A DNA stretch of 64,000 bases, from positions 4,555,203 to 4,619,202 of the forward strand of contig OZ251458.1 of assembly GCA_965242535.1 (NCBI GenBank), written 5' to 3'. This document shows, piece by piece, positions 26,507 to 37,201 of the stretch. Each line of letters begins with the position of its first letter. Position 1 is the first letter of the stretch. The notes beneath the pieces were generated by a model. It was given only the letters and a program-made list of their open reading frames with translations, was not told where the DNA came from and did not search any database. The translations under genes and the position numbers were made by a program. This DNA comes from Candidatus Latescibacterota bacterium (lineage in GTDB: Bacteria; Latescibacterota; UBA2968).

Positions 26507-27598
26507 TCACGCGTCGAAGTGGATGATCTGCCGCGCGACTTCGCCCTCGAGCAGGGCATCGAACGCCTCGTCGATGTCGTCGAGGGCTATCGCGTGGGAA
26601 ATCATTTCATCCAGCTTGAGATTGCCCATCAAATACATATCCACGTACCGGGGCATATCCACGCGAAAGCGATTGGATCCCATGCTCGACCCCTGAATTT
26701 TGCGCTCGCCGAGCAAGTCGTGCCCGGTCAATTCGATTTTGACGCCTTCGGGAATCATGCCGATCACCGTGGCCATACCGCCCCGTTCGAGCATCTCGAA
26801 ACACTGCTCTGCGGTTCGCTTCAACCCCACCGCTTCAAACGAATACGCCACGCCATTGCCTCCGGTCAAATCCATCATTTGCTCGACCACATCCCCGTCA
26901 TTCGCATTGACGAGATCGGTCGCGCCCAATGCCTTGGCCAGTTGCAATTTGGAAGCCACCGCATCCACGGCGATGATGCGGCCCGCGCCCCCGATGCGCG
27001 CGCCTTGAACCGCGCTCAAGCCAATGCCCCCGCATCCGACGACCGCCACCGTGCTGCCCGGCTCGACCTTTGCCGTGTTGAGCGCGGCGCCCATCCCCGT
27101 CGTCACGCCGCACCCGATCAGCGCGGCTTTGTCCAGCGGCATGTCCTCGCGCACTTTGCAGACCGCGTTCTCGTGTACCAGCAACTGTTCGGCGTACGAG
27201 GCGAGGTTTGCAAACTGGAGCAATTCCCGACCGTCTTGGGACAAGCGCGGCCTGTCCGTCTCTTTGCGCTGTGTGGATTCCCGGTCTTCGCACAAATTGG
27301 GACGCCCGGTGGTGCAGTAGCGGCAATGCCCGCAAAAGACCGACAAGCACGTAATCACATGGTCGCCGGGTTTTGTGTACGTCGCGTCCGGACCAACGGC
27401 TTCCACAATGCCTGCGGACTCGTGCCCCATCACCGCGGGCATGGGGCAGGTGTGAAGCCCTTCCCGAAAGTGAACATCGCTGTGGCAAACGCCCGCCGCA
27501 ACCGTGCGAACCAAGACCTCGCGCCCGATGGGGGCCGCGATCTCGACATCTTCCACGCGGATCGGCTGGTGGGCTTCGCGCAAAACAGCAGCTTTCAT
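26507..27598 (-). CDS. Zinc-dependent alcohol dehydrogenase (MDR family)
   Basis: GVCHSDVH catalytic Zn motif, GHESAG, structural Zn CGHCRYC, and GxGxxG VVGCGGIG. Confidence 0.85.
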   Translation of the reverse strand: MKAAVLREAHQPIRVEDVEIAAPIGREVLVRTVAAGVCHSDVHFREGLHTCPMPAVMGHESAGIVEAVGPDATYTKPGDHVITCLSVFCGHCRYCTTGRPNLCEDRESTQRKETDRPRLSQDGRELLQFANLASYAEQLLVHENAVCKVREDMPLDKAALIGCGVTTGMGAALNTAKVEPGSTVAVVGCGGIGLSAVQGARIGGAGRIIAVDAVASKLQLAKALGATDLVNANDGDVVEQMMDLTGGNGVAYSFEAVGLKRTAEQCFEMLERGGMATVIGMIPEGVKIELTGHDLLGERKIQGSSMGSNRFRVDMPRYVDMYLMGNLKLDEMISHAIALDDIDEAFDALLEGEVARQIIHFDA

Positions 27599-27717
27599 TT
27601 TTCATCTCCTTTGTCAATGCGTTGCACAACGCGCCGAGTTTGTCATGCTGTCGGTGGGACATGATAATGCCAACCGCCCCAATATGAAAATAATCTCGCC
27701 GCCGTGCAACAATCAAC

Positions 27718-27746
27718 TTGACATTGCGGTTTGCAGCAAGTATGAA
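27718..27746 (+). promoter_or_regulatory. Sigma70-like promoter TTGACA-17-TATGAA
   Basis: Located upstream of the Gfo/Idh/MocA gene; a GAGGAG SD precedes ATG 27794. Confidence 0.35.
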
Positions 27747-27793
27747 TAGCGGTCAGTCGTCCGTTTTTATTTTCAATTTTTCGAGGAGTTCCC

Positions 27794-28744
27794 ATGTTAA
27801 AAGCGGGATTTATCGGCGCGGGGAATCGCAGTCAGAAGGCGCATTATCCAAACGTCCATCGCTTGGAGCGCGAGGTCGAAATGAGCGCGGTTTGCGAACT
27901 CGACGAGGAACGCCTGAATCAAGTGGCGAAAAAGTACGAATTTCCGCAGACCTACACGGACCATCGCCAGATGCTCGACAAAGAGGACCTCGACGTCATC
28001 TATTGCATCATGAACGAGAAATGGATCTTGCAAACCGCCCTCGACTGCATGAACGCGGGGAAACACATTTTCATCGAGAAGCCCCCGGGCGCGAATCTCG
28101 AAGAAACCGAGCAGTTGCTCGAAGCCGCCGTGTCCAACGAGGTCTTTGCGATGGTCGGCTTTCAGCGCCGCTACACCGCGGTCACGCGCGAAGCCATGCG
28201 ACTCGTCTCCCAAAAAGGCCCGGTCTCATCGGTCGTCACCACGTTCAACAAGCAGATGCTCGGCGGCGACGGCCGGGAATTTACCTCCACTTTGTGGAAC
28301 GACGTCTGCCATATCGTCGATCTCACGCGCTATATGGCCGGCAGCGAACCGGTCGAAGTGACCGCCTATCAGGACAAATTCGGCGGCGAAAGCTACAACA
28401 ATTACACGGCCCTCATCCGGTTTGAGAACGGCGCCACAGGCGCCATCTTTGGCAACCGCGCCTCCGGCGGCCGCGTGCTCCGCTCTGAACTGCACGGCGT
28501 AGGAATCGGGTGTTATATGAAAATCCCGCAGGAGATCGAGATTCACGAAGACGACCAAGTGCGTACTTTGGGGGGATGGGAGATCGACGGCGCAGAGGAA
28601 GAGGATGTCGCCAGTTACGAGGGCGTCTTGACCATGCACCGGCATTTCGTCGATTGCATCAACGACGGCGAAGTGCCCCACAACGACCTGCGCGACGTCA
28701 TCCACTCCATCCGCTTGGTGGATCGACTCGAGGCGAAGACGTAA
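27794..28744 (+). CDS. Gfo/Idh/MocA-family NAD(P)-dependent oxidoreductase
   Basis: N-terminal GFIGAGNRSQKAHYP Rossmann fold and EKP motif, 316 aa. Confidence 0.85.
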   Translation: MLKAGFIGAGNRSQKAHYPNVHRLEREVEMSAVCELDEERLNQVAKKYEFPQTYTDHRQMLDKEDLDVIYCIMNEKWILQTALDCMNAGKHIFIEKPPGANLEETEQLLEAAVSNEVFAMVGFQRRYTAVTREAMRLVSQKGPVSSVVTTFNKQMLGGDGREFTSTLWNDVCHIVDLTRYMAGSEPVEVTAYQDKFGGESYNNYTALIRFENGATGAIFGNRASGGRVLRSELHGVGIGCYMKIPQEIEIHEDDQVRTLGGWEIDGAEEEDVASYEGVLTMHRHFVDCINDGEVPHNDLRDVIHSIRLVDRLEAKT

Positions 28745-28870
28745 GGCGAAACGCAACCGCGGCTTCGGGCGGCGCGGGATCCGCAGGTGATCGGTGGTTG
28801 CTTTTTGAATGGTTTTTGTCCATATTTGACCTGTCTCGGTATCCCGACAACTTTTGGCCTATCTGAAAAA

Positions 28871-29950
28871 ATGAACGAATTGCATTTGAATCAACTGCTC
28901 GGCAGAGATGAAATCGACATCGACTTAAAGGAAATCGCGGCCTATCTCACGGATCAGACCGTTCTCGTAACCGGTGCGGGTGGGTCGATAGGTTCTGAAC
29001 TCTGCCGCCAAATCGGCCGCTTTGCGCCCCAAACCCTCTTGCTCCTCGGCCGCGGGGAGCAGAGCATCTACACCATTCTCATGGAATGCGACAAGCATTT
29101 TCCAAAGCTCGATGTTCGGCCCATCATCGCAGACATCCGCGACGCCAATCGCATGCGACACGTTTATGAGGCGCATCGGCCCGCGGTGATTTTTCACACG
29201 GCGGCGCACAAGCATGTGGAACTCATCGAAGCCTTTCCAGAAGAAGTCGTCAAGAACAACATCATCGGCACGAAAATCGTTTCGGAACTCGCGCACGAAT
29301 ACGGGATTCAGCGATTTGTGATGATCTCCACGGACAAAGCCGTCAAGCCCGCGTGCGTTTATGGCGCGGGCAAGCGGCTTTCAGAATTTCAGATCGAAGG
29401 GCTCGCCAGGCGGTCCGACACGATCTTCGTCACGGTGCGCTTTGGCAATGTGCTCGGCGCGCGCGGGTCGATAGTGCCCCTGTTCCAAAAGCAAATCGCC
29501 GAAGGCGGCCCGGTGACGGTGCATCCCAAAGCCACGCGGTATTTTATGACCATCCCCGAAGCGGCTCGCCTCGTGATTCAAAGCGGGTCTATGGGCAAGA
29601 ACGGCGAAATTTTTATTCTCGACATGGGCAAGTCCCTGCCCATTCTCGACCTCGCTATCGAAATGATACGCTTGGCGGGCAAAGAACCCGGCGTGGACAT
29701 AAAACTCGAATTTATCGACCTGCGCCCGGGCGACAAACTCCACGAAGAACTCCTCACGCGAGGCGAAGGCATTTGCATGACCCAAAACAAGAAAATTTTT
29801 ATCGCCCAATCCGATCAAATCGACATCGACGCGCTCGAAGCGACAATTGCAGAACTCGAACAACTAGCCGAAGAAACCAAACGCACCGCCATCATCGAGA
29901 AATTGACCGAATTTCTCCCCGACTACAATCCCTCCGCGCTTTGGGCATAA
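28871..29950 (+). CDS. CapD/WbpM-like nucleotide-sugar 4,6-dehydratase/epimerase (short soluble form)
   Basis: VLVTGAGGSIGSEL, ISTDKAVKP and YGAGKRLSE (SDR YxxxK). The start was moved to ATG 28871 (MNELHL). Confidence 0.8.
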   Translation: MNELHLNQLLGRDEIDIDLKEIAAYLTDQTVLVTGAGGSIGSELCRQIGRFAPQTLLLLGRGEQSIYTILMECDKHFPKLDVRPIIADIRDANRMRHVYEAHRPAVIFHTAAHKHVELIEAFPEEVVKNNIIGTKIVSELAHEYGIQRFVMISTDKAVKPACVYGAGKRLSEFQIEGLARRSDTIFVTVRFGNVLGARGSIVPLFQKQIAEGGPVTVHPKATRYFMTIPEAARLVIQSGSMGKNGEIFILDMGKSLPILDLAIEMIRLAGKEPGVDIKLEFIDLRPGDKLHEELLTRGEGICMTQNKKIFIAQSDQIDIDALEATIAELEQLAEETKRTAIIEKLTEFLPDYNPSALWA

Positions 29951-29980
29951 AAAAAGGGCGTTATCATAACGCCCTTTGCT
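29949..29980. terminator. Bidirectional terminator hairpin AAAGGGCGTTA-tcat-AACGCCCTTT between convergent genes
   Basis: Perfect 11-bp stem flanked by an A-run (plus side) that reads as a T-run for the minus-strand operon ending at 30101. Confidence 0.5.
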
Positions 29981-30100
29981 ACTTTGCATTGCGAACGATC
30001 CGCCCTCTTATAGCCCCCCCACATCCACTTTTCTTTTTTTTTAACCCCACCTGAACGGGCACGCCTGTCCATTATTCCCCATTCCACAAAATCATTGTCA

Positions 30101-31594
30101 TCACCAGTTGTCCGACCCCTTGAGCACGATGGGGATCGTTTTGAGCAAAATTTGCAAATCCAATACCGGAGACCAATTTTCAATATAATAGATATCCAGA
30201 CGAGCCATCTCATCTAGCGATAAATTTCTTCGCCCGCTGACTTGCGTCAAGCCCGTAATGCCGGGTAAAACATCATATCTTCGGAGATGCCATTTCTTAT
30301 ATCCCTTTACTTCATCTGGCGTATGTGGACGAGGCCCAACCCAACTCATTTCGCCTTTGAATACATTGATCACTTGAGGAAATTCATCCAGACTGAAGCG
30401 TCTCATAAAACGGCCTATGCGCGTCACGCGAGGGTCATTTTTTTTTCCTCGAAACAGAGAATCATCGAAAATATTCTGCGTGCCAATTTCGTGGCGTTTT
30501 TGTTCAGCGTCGTCATACATCGACCGCATCTTGTAAGTATAGAATACTTTCTCGCCTTTTCCAATTCTCGCCTGTCTAAAGAGAACAGGCCCTTTAGACT
30601 CAAGGCGAATGCCAATGCCGACAAAAATCCAGACCGGTGCTGTCAAGGTGACCACACACGCGGACAAAACGATATCCAGGCTCCGTTTTACAAGACGACT
30701 CCACTGTTGCAATATTCTTTTTTTGAGTTGAAAAATGGGAATATCTGCGACTTCTTTAACGCACATTTGATGCGTCAAAATTTCAAAAAAACTGGGAATT
30801 ATGCTAAACTGAACACCCGTGCGTTCACATGTTTGAATTGTTGACGCTATCACATCGGTGTCCAAATTCATAGTCGCCAACACGACCTCATCCACGCGCT
30901 CGGTTTGCAAGAGAGATGGCAAATCGTCAATCCTTCCAAGAATCTGACTTTCCTCTACTCTGTCAGCCCGATCCTTTGGGAAAACAGGAGGCTTATGCCC
31001 GCCATTACCTCGACCGCCGGTTTCTTTGAGGTGAGAGGAAAAAGATAAAAAGCCAAGGGACAGATATCCACAAGCCACGTTCTTCACTATAGCGCGATGG
31101 AATCCATGCGCGACCTCATCTGTGCCAATAATAACGATCCGTCTCAACCCTATTCCTTGCCTTAACAGATGCCCGAAACAAATAGAAAATCCCCAACGCC
31201 ACAACGTTAATGCGATCAAACTCAACAGCCAAGCCATTGCGACAACCAATCGGGAATATGTCTCTACATCGTATCGCGTAATGATACCCTTTAAGGCAAA
31301 ACTCAGTGCCATAATGATCAACGAGTTAAACGTAACAGCCCGTAAGATAGAAAAAAAATCATCCACTTTAAATGAAGGGTGCTGTAAGCGATACATTCCA
31401 AAAGCATTGAGCATCAAAAAACCGACAAGCCCAACAAAATAAGAAAATCGAAAATAAATCTCAAGAGGCGGTGAGGATTGCTGAGGAAGGATCGTCAGGG
31501 AAAATCGAAAATAATACGCAAGCAAAAACCCCCCGGATAAAATCAATACATCGCCAAGTGCCAAAATAATTTTGAAAGTCATTCTCCTTTTCAT
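30101..31594 (-). CDS. Polyprenyl-phosphate hexose-1-phosphate transferase (WcaJ/WbaP-like, large form)
   Basis: N-terminal TM helices, a central CoA-binding-like domain, and the C-terminal sugar-transferase core ...DEFPQVINVFKGEMSWVGPRP. Low GC. Confidence 0.85.
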   Translation of the reverse strand: MKRRMTFKIILALGDVLILSGGFLLAYYFRFSLTILPQQSSPPLEIYFRFSYFVGLVGFLMLNAFGMYRLQHPSFKVDDFFSILRAVTFNSLIIMALSFALKGIITRYDVETYSRLVVAMAWLLSLIALTLWRWGFSICFGHLLRQGIGLRRIVIIGTDEVAHGFHRAIVKNVACGYLSLGFLSFSSHLKETGGRGNGGHKPPVFPKDRADRVEESQILGRIDDLPSLLQTERVDEVVLATMNLDTDVIASTIQTCERTGVQFSIIPSFFEILTHQMCVKEVADIPIFQLKKRILQQWSRLVKRSLDIVLSACVVTLTAPVWIFVGIGIRLESKGPVLFRQARIGKGEKVFYTYKMRSMYDDAEQKRHEIGTQNIFDDSLFRGKKNDPRVTRIGRFMRRFSLDEFPQVINVFKGEMSWVGPRPHTPDEVKGYKKWHLRRYDVLPGITGLTQVSGRRNLSLDEMARLDIYYIENWSPVLDLQILLKTIPIVLKGSDNW

Positions 31595-31641
31595 GATCTT
31601 ATGTCCAATTATCCAAAGTACCCGGCAAATACACATAAGAA

Positions 31642-33201
31642 CTATTCAATCTTTTCTTTTAAGAAGCGAACGATCATGGCGACGAGCAATGTGGCAAACG
31701 GTATCGCAATGATCAAGATCGAATACTTAGTCGGGTTCAGAAAGGCACTTGGGCTCAGAAAGTCTTGTACTGATGCTGATCTCGAAACCGCTATATCCTC
31801 ACCGTCTATTCTGTAAAGTGACGTATTATAACCAAAATTTTCCTTGCTAAGCCTACTGTGGAGGCTATGGAGCACATCTAGGTATTGGCGTAGCTTAGAT
31901 AGAAGCGTGGGAAACGCCGTTTGCACAAAATTGATTTGCGATTGCCGATATTCCGGATTTTTTGAGGTGCCTAAAACATCGATAAGTGCCTGGTTGCGTG
32001 CAATCTGATAATCTATATGCGCCAACTGTTGATTGTGCTTAAGTATCTGATCGTACAAATTTTGTCTGTATTGCAAGTCGTCGCCTTGCTTAATGAGGTT
32101 GGCAATCTTGTCCAAAAAGTCTCCACTGGCTTGAATCATGTCAGCAGCAGTTTCGCCGGCATTGTTCGTTGGCACAATATTGGCGAATTGCTGAGAATAG
32201 TTTTTCAGAGTTGTTTCTATTAACTCGACTTGCATAGAGGAGTAGTTTTTTTCTCGTTTGAGTCTACTATTTTCGTATTCATAATAGAGCGTTACCAATT
32301 CCGGATCATTGGATATGCCCCTTTCTCGAATGGCAGAAGTTAGCAAACGAAGATCGTAATTTTGGATATCGACCAAGAATTTTTGGACATCGACCAGATA
32401 GTAGCCTGTTTTTTTGTCTATCACACGCTTGCTATTAGGGCGTTTTAGCAATTCTGAGATGGTACTTGACATGGCCTCAATATTTGTCTCTAACAAATCC
32501 AAGGCAAGGAGGTAATCCATATTTGTGTATAGCGATTCATCAAACAGTTTTTTGGAGTGTAGTTCGGTATCTAATTCCAGAACACCGTAATCGTTGACCA
32601 TCTTATTCGCCCATTGCCTCGGCACACTCCGCAAAATATTTTTTATTTTTTTATTTTCTATTGCACGCCATTTAGACTTAAAGGACAACCGTACCGCTCG
32701 GTGTTGTAGTTGGCGGATCTCTTCTTCCATATCTCTCTGCAATTGTTGTGCTTCTGCAATTTGAATTCTTTGTCTGCTTGCTAGAGCCTCGTACTTTTGA
32801 ACTATCAAATCGTAAGCAGGTGTATAGGGTAAAACGCTAAAACTGCGGATAAATCTCGGTTTGGATATTTCCCTCCTGGACAGACCGACGTGGTCATATA
32901 CCTGAGCGAGCAAATTGGGGGCTATCAAGTCGCCGATATCGAACCGCGACTTATTGGGATAATATCCCTTTTCCGCTCCCTGAAAGGTAAAATGGATGAT
33001 TTGGCTATGAGTAATCGTGGGCGACGACCGCAACAACTTTAAAATAAAAAAGCCACAATAGCCCACCGTGACGATCACCACCGAGAGCAATACCGGTTTC
33101 CGCACCGCCCACACATTGTGCAAAAGTTTTTTCCAATCAAATTCTTCATCTCGTTCATGATGATCTGATCTATTGACTTGATTCATAATAGCCCTCGTCA
33201 A
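31642..33201 (-). CDS. Wzz/GumC-like polysaccharide co-polymerase (chain-length determinant)
   Basis: One TM helix near each terminus and a ~400-aa coiled-coil-rich periplasmic region. AT-rich. Confidence 0.55.
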   Translation of the reverse strand: MTRAIMNQVNRSDHHERDEEFDWKKLLHNVWAVRKPVLLSVVIVTVGYCGFFILKLLRSSPTITHSQIIHFTFQGAEKGYYPNKSRFDIGDLIAPNLLAQVYDHVGLSRREISKPRFIRSFSVLPYTPAYDLIVQKYEALASRQRIQIAEAQQLQRDMEEEIRQLQHRAVRLSFKSKWRAIENKKIKNILRSVPRQWANKMVNDYGVLELDTELHSKKLFDESLYTNMDYLLALDLLETNIEAMSSTISELLKRPNSKRVIDKKTGYYLVDVQKFLVDIQNYDLRLLTSAIRERGISNDPELVTLYYEYENSRLKREKNYSSMQVELIETTLKNYSQQFANIVPTNNAGETAADMIQASGDFLDKIANLIKQGDDLQYRQNLYDQILKHNQQLAHIDYQIARNQALIDVLGTSKNPEYRQSQINFVQTAFPTLLSKLRQYLDVLHSLHSRLSKENFGYNTSLYRIDGEDIAVSRSASVQDFLSPSAFLNPTKYSILIIAIPFATLLVAMIVRFLKEKIE

Positions 33202-34834
33202 AAAATGGTGTGCCGTACTTTTTGAGCAGATTTGTTGTCACCCACTCATCGGGGTAAACCTGCAATTTTGAAACACCTTCATCCAATAAAAATTGTGCAT
33301 TGCTATACAAATGATTTTTATAGTTGCTAATCTGTCCATTATTCAATTTTTTTTCGACTTGCTGTATGCCTTGTTCCAAGGTCCAAGTGGGCTGAAATCC
33401 AGTTATATTTTTTATTTTGGTAAAGTCTACGCGATAGTCACGTTCATCCATTTTGCTTTGTTGAGTAATTATTTTTGCAGAGGGAATGAGGGATTTGATA
33501 CAATGACCAATGTCTCTGATGCGATAATTTTGTTTGTTTGAGCCAGCATTGAAAACTTCTCCCCGCACGTATTCTCGAGGTGTTTCGATAATCTTCAAGA
33601 TCCCATACGCAGCATCTCGCACATGGAGGAAAGGACGCCACTGGTTCCCGCCCAAAATCAGGATTTGTTTATCTATAATCGCTTTTGCAGTCAACAGATT
33701 TACCACCAGATCGAAACGGATGCGTTCCGAAAAACCATAGAGAGTCCCGAAGCGCAGAATAACCGGATGAAAGTCGGGCGAGGCCATATTGAGCAACGTT
33801 TGCTCGGCAATCAACTTGCTCTGTGCATAGAGCGAGAGAGGTTTGGGGGCGGAGTTTTCATTGAGTATTTTGTTACTTAACCCGTACACCGAACAAGTTG
33901 AGGCAAAGATAAATCGGTCAATCCGTTGATGTTGGGCGATCTCGGCGATCATTTTCGTCGCAGTCGTATTTATTTGGACGGTCATTTCTTGGTTCAAATC
34001 ACACGCGGGATCGCCGACAATCGCTCCCAAATGAACTACTATATCCATATCCTTCATGGCCTCATAGACCCGGTTGACATGTCTGAAATCAGCCCGTATG
34101 ATTTCTAATTTTGGATGATCGATTATATTTTTAAGAGGTTCAGACCCGTAGAGCAAAATATCCATCAGACGCACATTGTAGCCCCTAGCCAGCAAATGCT
34201 TCAATAGAGCAGATCCGATATACCCAGCACCACCGATTACCAAGATATTTTTATTATTTTGTGATTCGGTTAAAACCTCTCGTTCCGCGTTTTTTTTCGG
34301 CCTCCTTTGCCATATCTTAGCCCAGAATCGAAAAATAAAAATAAAAATAATCGTCATTACCCAAGAGAATATGAACGCACTGCGGGGGAACTCAAATCCG
34401 CTGATCCCAAAACTCAACTGCACTCCTTTACCCGAAAAAATATAAAGAAAAACCCCCGAAATCAGGTACCCGATACTAACGGCCCGAAGAATAATCAGTG
34501 CTTTGGAATAGTTGTAAAAATTGTGACCACGAGCATAAAAACCACTTATGCCAAATGAGATTAGGCAGATAGGTAAGACCAACCACAAAGCGAAAAAATA
34601 GACATTGATATAATGGTCAAACAGATACTGATAATATTGTAAAGGTCGTTCTGCTTCCCACCAGATAAGTTCCAGAAAGCGGATACACAGCCCTAAAGCC
34701 AACGAGAGCCCCATTATCAGAGCATCGAGAACCAACCACTTGATCTCAAATCCTCTATTGAACTTAAAATCACGTAGAAAACGCATAGACAATCTTTCTT
34801 TTTTTGGGTGTTGTTTAGCTCTCAATGAGCACAT
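33170..34834 (-). CDS. Membrane-anchored NAD-dependent epimerase/dehydratase (SDR)
   Basis: Four to five N-terminal TM helices, then VIGGAGYIGSAL and YAQSKLIAE (YxxxK). Confidence 0.8.
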   Translation of the reverse strand: MCSLRAKQHPKKERLSMRFLRDFKFNRGFEIKWLVLDALIMGLSLALGLCIRFLELIWWEAERPLQYYQYLFDHYINVYFFALWLVLPICLISFGISGFYARGHNFYNYSKALIILRAVSIGYLISGVFLYIFSGKGVQLSFGISGFEFPRSAFIFSWVMTIIFIFIFRFWAKIWQRRPKKNAEREVLTESQNNKNILVIGGAGYIGSALLKHLLARGYNVRLMDILLYGSEPLKNIIDHPKLEIIRADFRHVNRVYEAMKDMDIVVHLGAIVGDPACDLNQEMTVQINTTATKMIAEIAQHQRIDRFIFASTCSVYGLSNKILNENSAPKPLSLYAQSKLIAEQTLLNMASPDFHPVILRFGTLYGFSERIRFDLVVNLLTAKAIIDKQILILGGNQWRPFLHVRDAAYGILKIIETPREYVRGEVFNAGSNKQNYRIRDIGHCIKSLIPSAKIITQQSKMDERDYRVDFTKIKNITGFQPTWTLEQGIQQVEKKLNNGQISNYKNHLYSNAQFLLDEGVSKLQVYPDEWVTTNLLKKYGTPFFDEGYYESSQ

Positions 34835-36014
34835 CTCGCCTGTTTAGCACTTTGCGTACAGCGCCAGCATGAGCCTGAACGCGCCTTATTGCATCGGCTA
34901 TTCCCAGGCAGACATCATCTTTCATATTTGACCAAATAGGCAAACAGAGAATGTTGTTTGCCAAATACTCGGTCACGGGCAAGCGACGATTAGATGGCGT
35001 ATAGGCGCGATAAGCCATCTGAGTGTGGGCAGGCGGATCGTAATATTTGCGAGTATCGATATTTTCCGCCGCTAGTGCAAGAGCCAATTCATTGCGCGTC
35101 AACCCAAATTCTCTTTCATCGACCAGAATTGAATAGTCCTTGTACGAACACCGGTTGCTAGGATTGACCTTCTGGAATCCAACGCCGGGCACATCCCTTA
35201 GTTTTTCCGCATAGATGTCGGCGATTTCATTGCGGCACTGAACTGCTTCTCCGACCTTCTTCAGGCTGTAAATTCCCATCAAGGCATTAAATTCTGGCAG
35301 GCGGGCATTGATACCGGCAAAAAGGCTATCGTAGTTCTTCATACCATATTCGCGTCCGATCCGCACTTTATCCGCCAAATCGCCGTTGTTGGTCGCTACG
35401 ATGCCGCCCTCGCCTGCAATAATTAGTTTGGTCGGGCTGAGGCTAAATACCTCCACATCCCCGAACCCTCCGATGGGGCACCCCTTGTAGAGACTGCCAA
35501 AACCGTGCGCCGCATCGAAAATCAGCTCGAGCCCTTGCCGGTTGGCTATGTCTTGCAAGGGTTCGATGGCGGCCGGGTTGCCGAAGTTATGCACGGCGAC
35601 AATCGCCGATGTAGAGGGTGTGATCAACTGCTCAACGGCAACCGGATCCAGATTGGTCGTGCCGAGATCGACATCCGCAAATACGGGGTTCAATCCAGCC
35701 CAGATACAGGCACTAATCGTCGCCATGAAGGTAAAACTCGGGACGATCACATCGCCTGTAAGTCCTAAACCGCGCAGGCTTAGCATTAATCCAGAGGTAC
35801 AACTCGATACGGCTACGGCGTGTTTGACTTGTAAATGCGCGGCCATATCCGCTTCAAAGTTCTGCAAATAAGTGCCTTTGGTGACCAAGCCGCTGGTCAG
35901 TATCTCTTTGAGTTCACCTTCTATATCTCTGTGGGATGGAATGACCGGGCGGACGATGTCAACGCGGTTGTCAAAAATGGGAGCACCAGTCAGAACAGCG
36001 GGCAAGGCAGGCAT
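34815..36014 (-). CDS. DegT/DnrJ/EryC1/StrS-family PLP-dependent sugar aminotransferase
   Basis: Conserved ...DAAHGFGS...SLSPTKLI (Lys-PLP) region. The start was trimmed to ATG 36012-36014. Confidence 0.85.
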   Translation of the reverse strand: MPALPAVLTGAPIFDNRVDIVRPVIPSHRDIEGELKEILTSGLVTKGTYLQNFEADMAAHLQVKHAVAVSSCTSGLMLSLRGLGLTGDVIVPSFTFMATISACIWAGLNPVFADVDLGTTNLDPVAVEQLITPSTSAIVAVHNFGNPAAIEPLQDIANRQGLELIFDAAHGFGSLYKGCPIGGFGDVEVFSLSPTKLIIAGEGGIVATNNGDLADKVRIGREYGMKNYDSLFAGINARLPEFNALMGIYSLKKVGEAVQCRNEIADIYAEKLRDVPGVGFQKVNPSNRCSYKDYSILVDEREFGLTRNELALALAAENIDTRKYYDPPAHTQMAYRAYTPSNRRLPVTEYLANNILCLPIWSNMKDDVCLGIADAIRRVQAHAGAVRKVLNRRDVLIES

Positions 36015-36178
36015 CTCTTCATCTCGATTTCTAGGATATTTTTCGCAGAGAAATTTTTTTTCAATAAGGGGCTGTGCGGTGCTCAATCACCTCTTAGCGA
36101 TCGACAAACCGGTGTCCTATCCCGTGAAAAAAATGCTTAAATCCAATGGGAAAGGGACGAATTTGACGCTACAGGTTT

Positions 36179-36394
36179 TTATGCAACAAAGCCCTCCAAA
36201 ATCGTCAGAATATATGATAGAATCGAAAAAATGTCCAATGCTATGTTAAGTGCCTTTACCTTGCGACGCTGAACCGAGGCATAACCATCGGTGAGCAAAC
36301 CCAGGCCAAACTCGAGGCGCAAGGTCTCCAAAACATGTGTCACTTCGGGATATGGTTTGATCCGAGGTGTGTGCGCGCGATAGCGTTCTATCAA
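36179..36394 (-). pseudogene. Internal fragment of a HAD-family hydrolase (no N-terminal DxD motif)
   Basis: ...RIKPYPEVTHVLETL...GLLTDGYASVQRRKVKALNI matches HAD motif III context. There is no upstream continuation. It sits at the low-GC/high-GC junction of the cluster. Confidence 0.4.
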
Positions 36395-36568
36395 CTGTTG
36401 TACGAGATCGATATGAGAGGGTGAAGAACCCCTAGCTGAAGCAACGGGGCTTCAAAGTCACTTCAGCGTAGGTTGTGCGATCAACGAGATGGTGTCCTCT
36501 CTCGGCAGAGGTGAATCAAGCCCTTTCAAATGATAAAGCGGTGGTGCCAGCGACCCCGAGCATCTTTA

Positions 36569-37201
36569 TTATTTGTCATTTCCCTCCCCCAAAAACTCGG
36601 GCATCGTAACATGGCTATTTGAACTAATACCTTCACGCCTAAAACTCCTCACCAAAGTCAGCCCAATAATTTTTAGATCTAACCAGAGAGATCGATGGTC
36701 GATGTACCAAATATCCAATTTGAATTTGTGCTCCCAAGCAAGCGCATTGCGACCGTTGATCTGCGCCCATCCAGTAATGCCGGGGCGGATATCCAAACGG
36801 CGTCTCTGGGTTGGGGTGTAGCGATCGAGATACTTTTCGAACAGGGGACGAGGGCCTACCAAACTCATATCGCCTTTCAGTACATTCCACAATTCGGGGA
36901 GTTCGTCGAGGCTCGTACTGCGGAGCAGACTGCCAAATCGCGTTAAACGCACGGCATCGGGATGTGGTCGCCCCTGCGCGTCACAGGCGTCGATCATGGT
37001 GCGAAATTTGACGATGGTAAAGGGTTGTCCGCGCAAGCCGGCACGCCGTTGGCGAAACAAAACGGGCGAGCCCAACTTGAGGCGCACGAGCAATGCAACC
37101 CCAGCCAGCACGGGCAAAAGCCCAATGAAAATGGGAACTGTCAACGCGATATCGAGTACTCGCTTCCCAAAACGGCGATAGGCAATGGTGCAGGATATCA
37201 T
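36569..37201 (-). CDS. Small (PglC/WecA-like) bacterial sugar transferase, monotopic phosphoglycosyltransferase
   Basis: PF02397-like core LVRLKLGSPVLFRQRRAGL...DELPELWNVLKGDMSLVGPRP, 210 aa. Confidence 0.85.
   Translation of the reverse strand: MISCTIAYRRFGKRVLDIALTVPIFIGLLPVLAGVALLVRLKLGSPVLFRQRRAGLRGQPFTIVKFRTMIDACDAQGRPHPDAVRLTRFGSLLRSTSLDELPELWNVLKGDMSLVGPRPLFEKYLDRYTPTQRRRLDIRPGITGWAQINGRNALAWEHKFKLDIWYIDHRSLWLDLKIIGLTLVRSFRREGISSNSHVTMPEFLGEGNDK

Noticed and set aside
25595-27664. Very long ORFs antisense to annotated genes (e.g. 25595..27664 +, 3143..4822 +, 5382..6554 -, 2300..3142 +, 16133..16819 -, 51925..52728 +)
   Set aside because: These are Arg/Gly/Ala-rich low-complexity translations typical of shadow frames in 60% GC DNA. 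The opposite strand encodes well-conserved enzymes.
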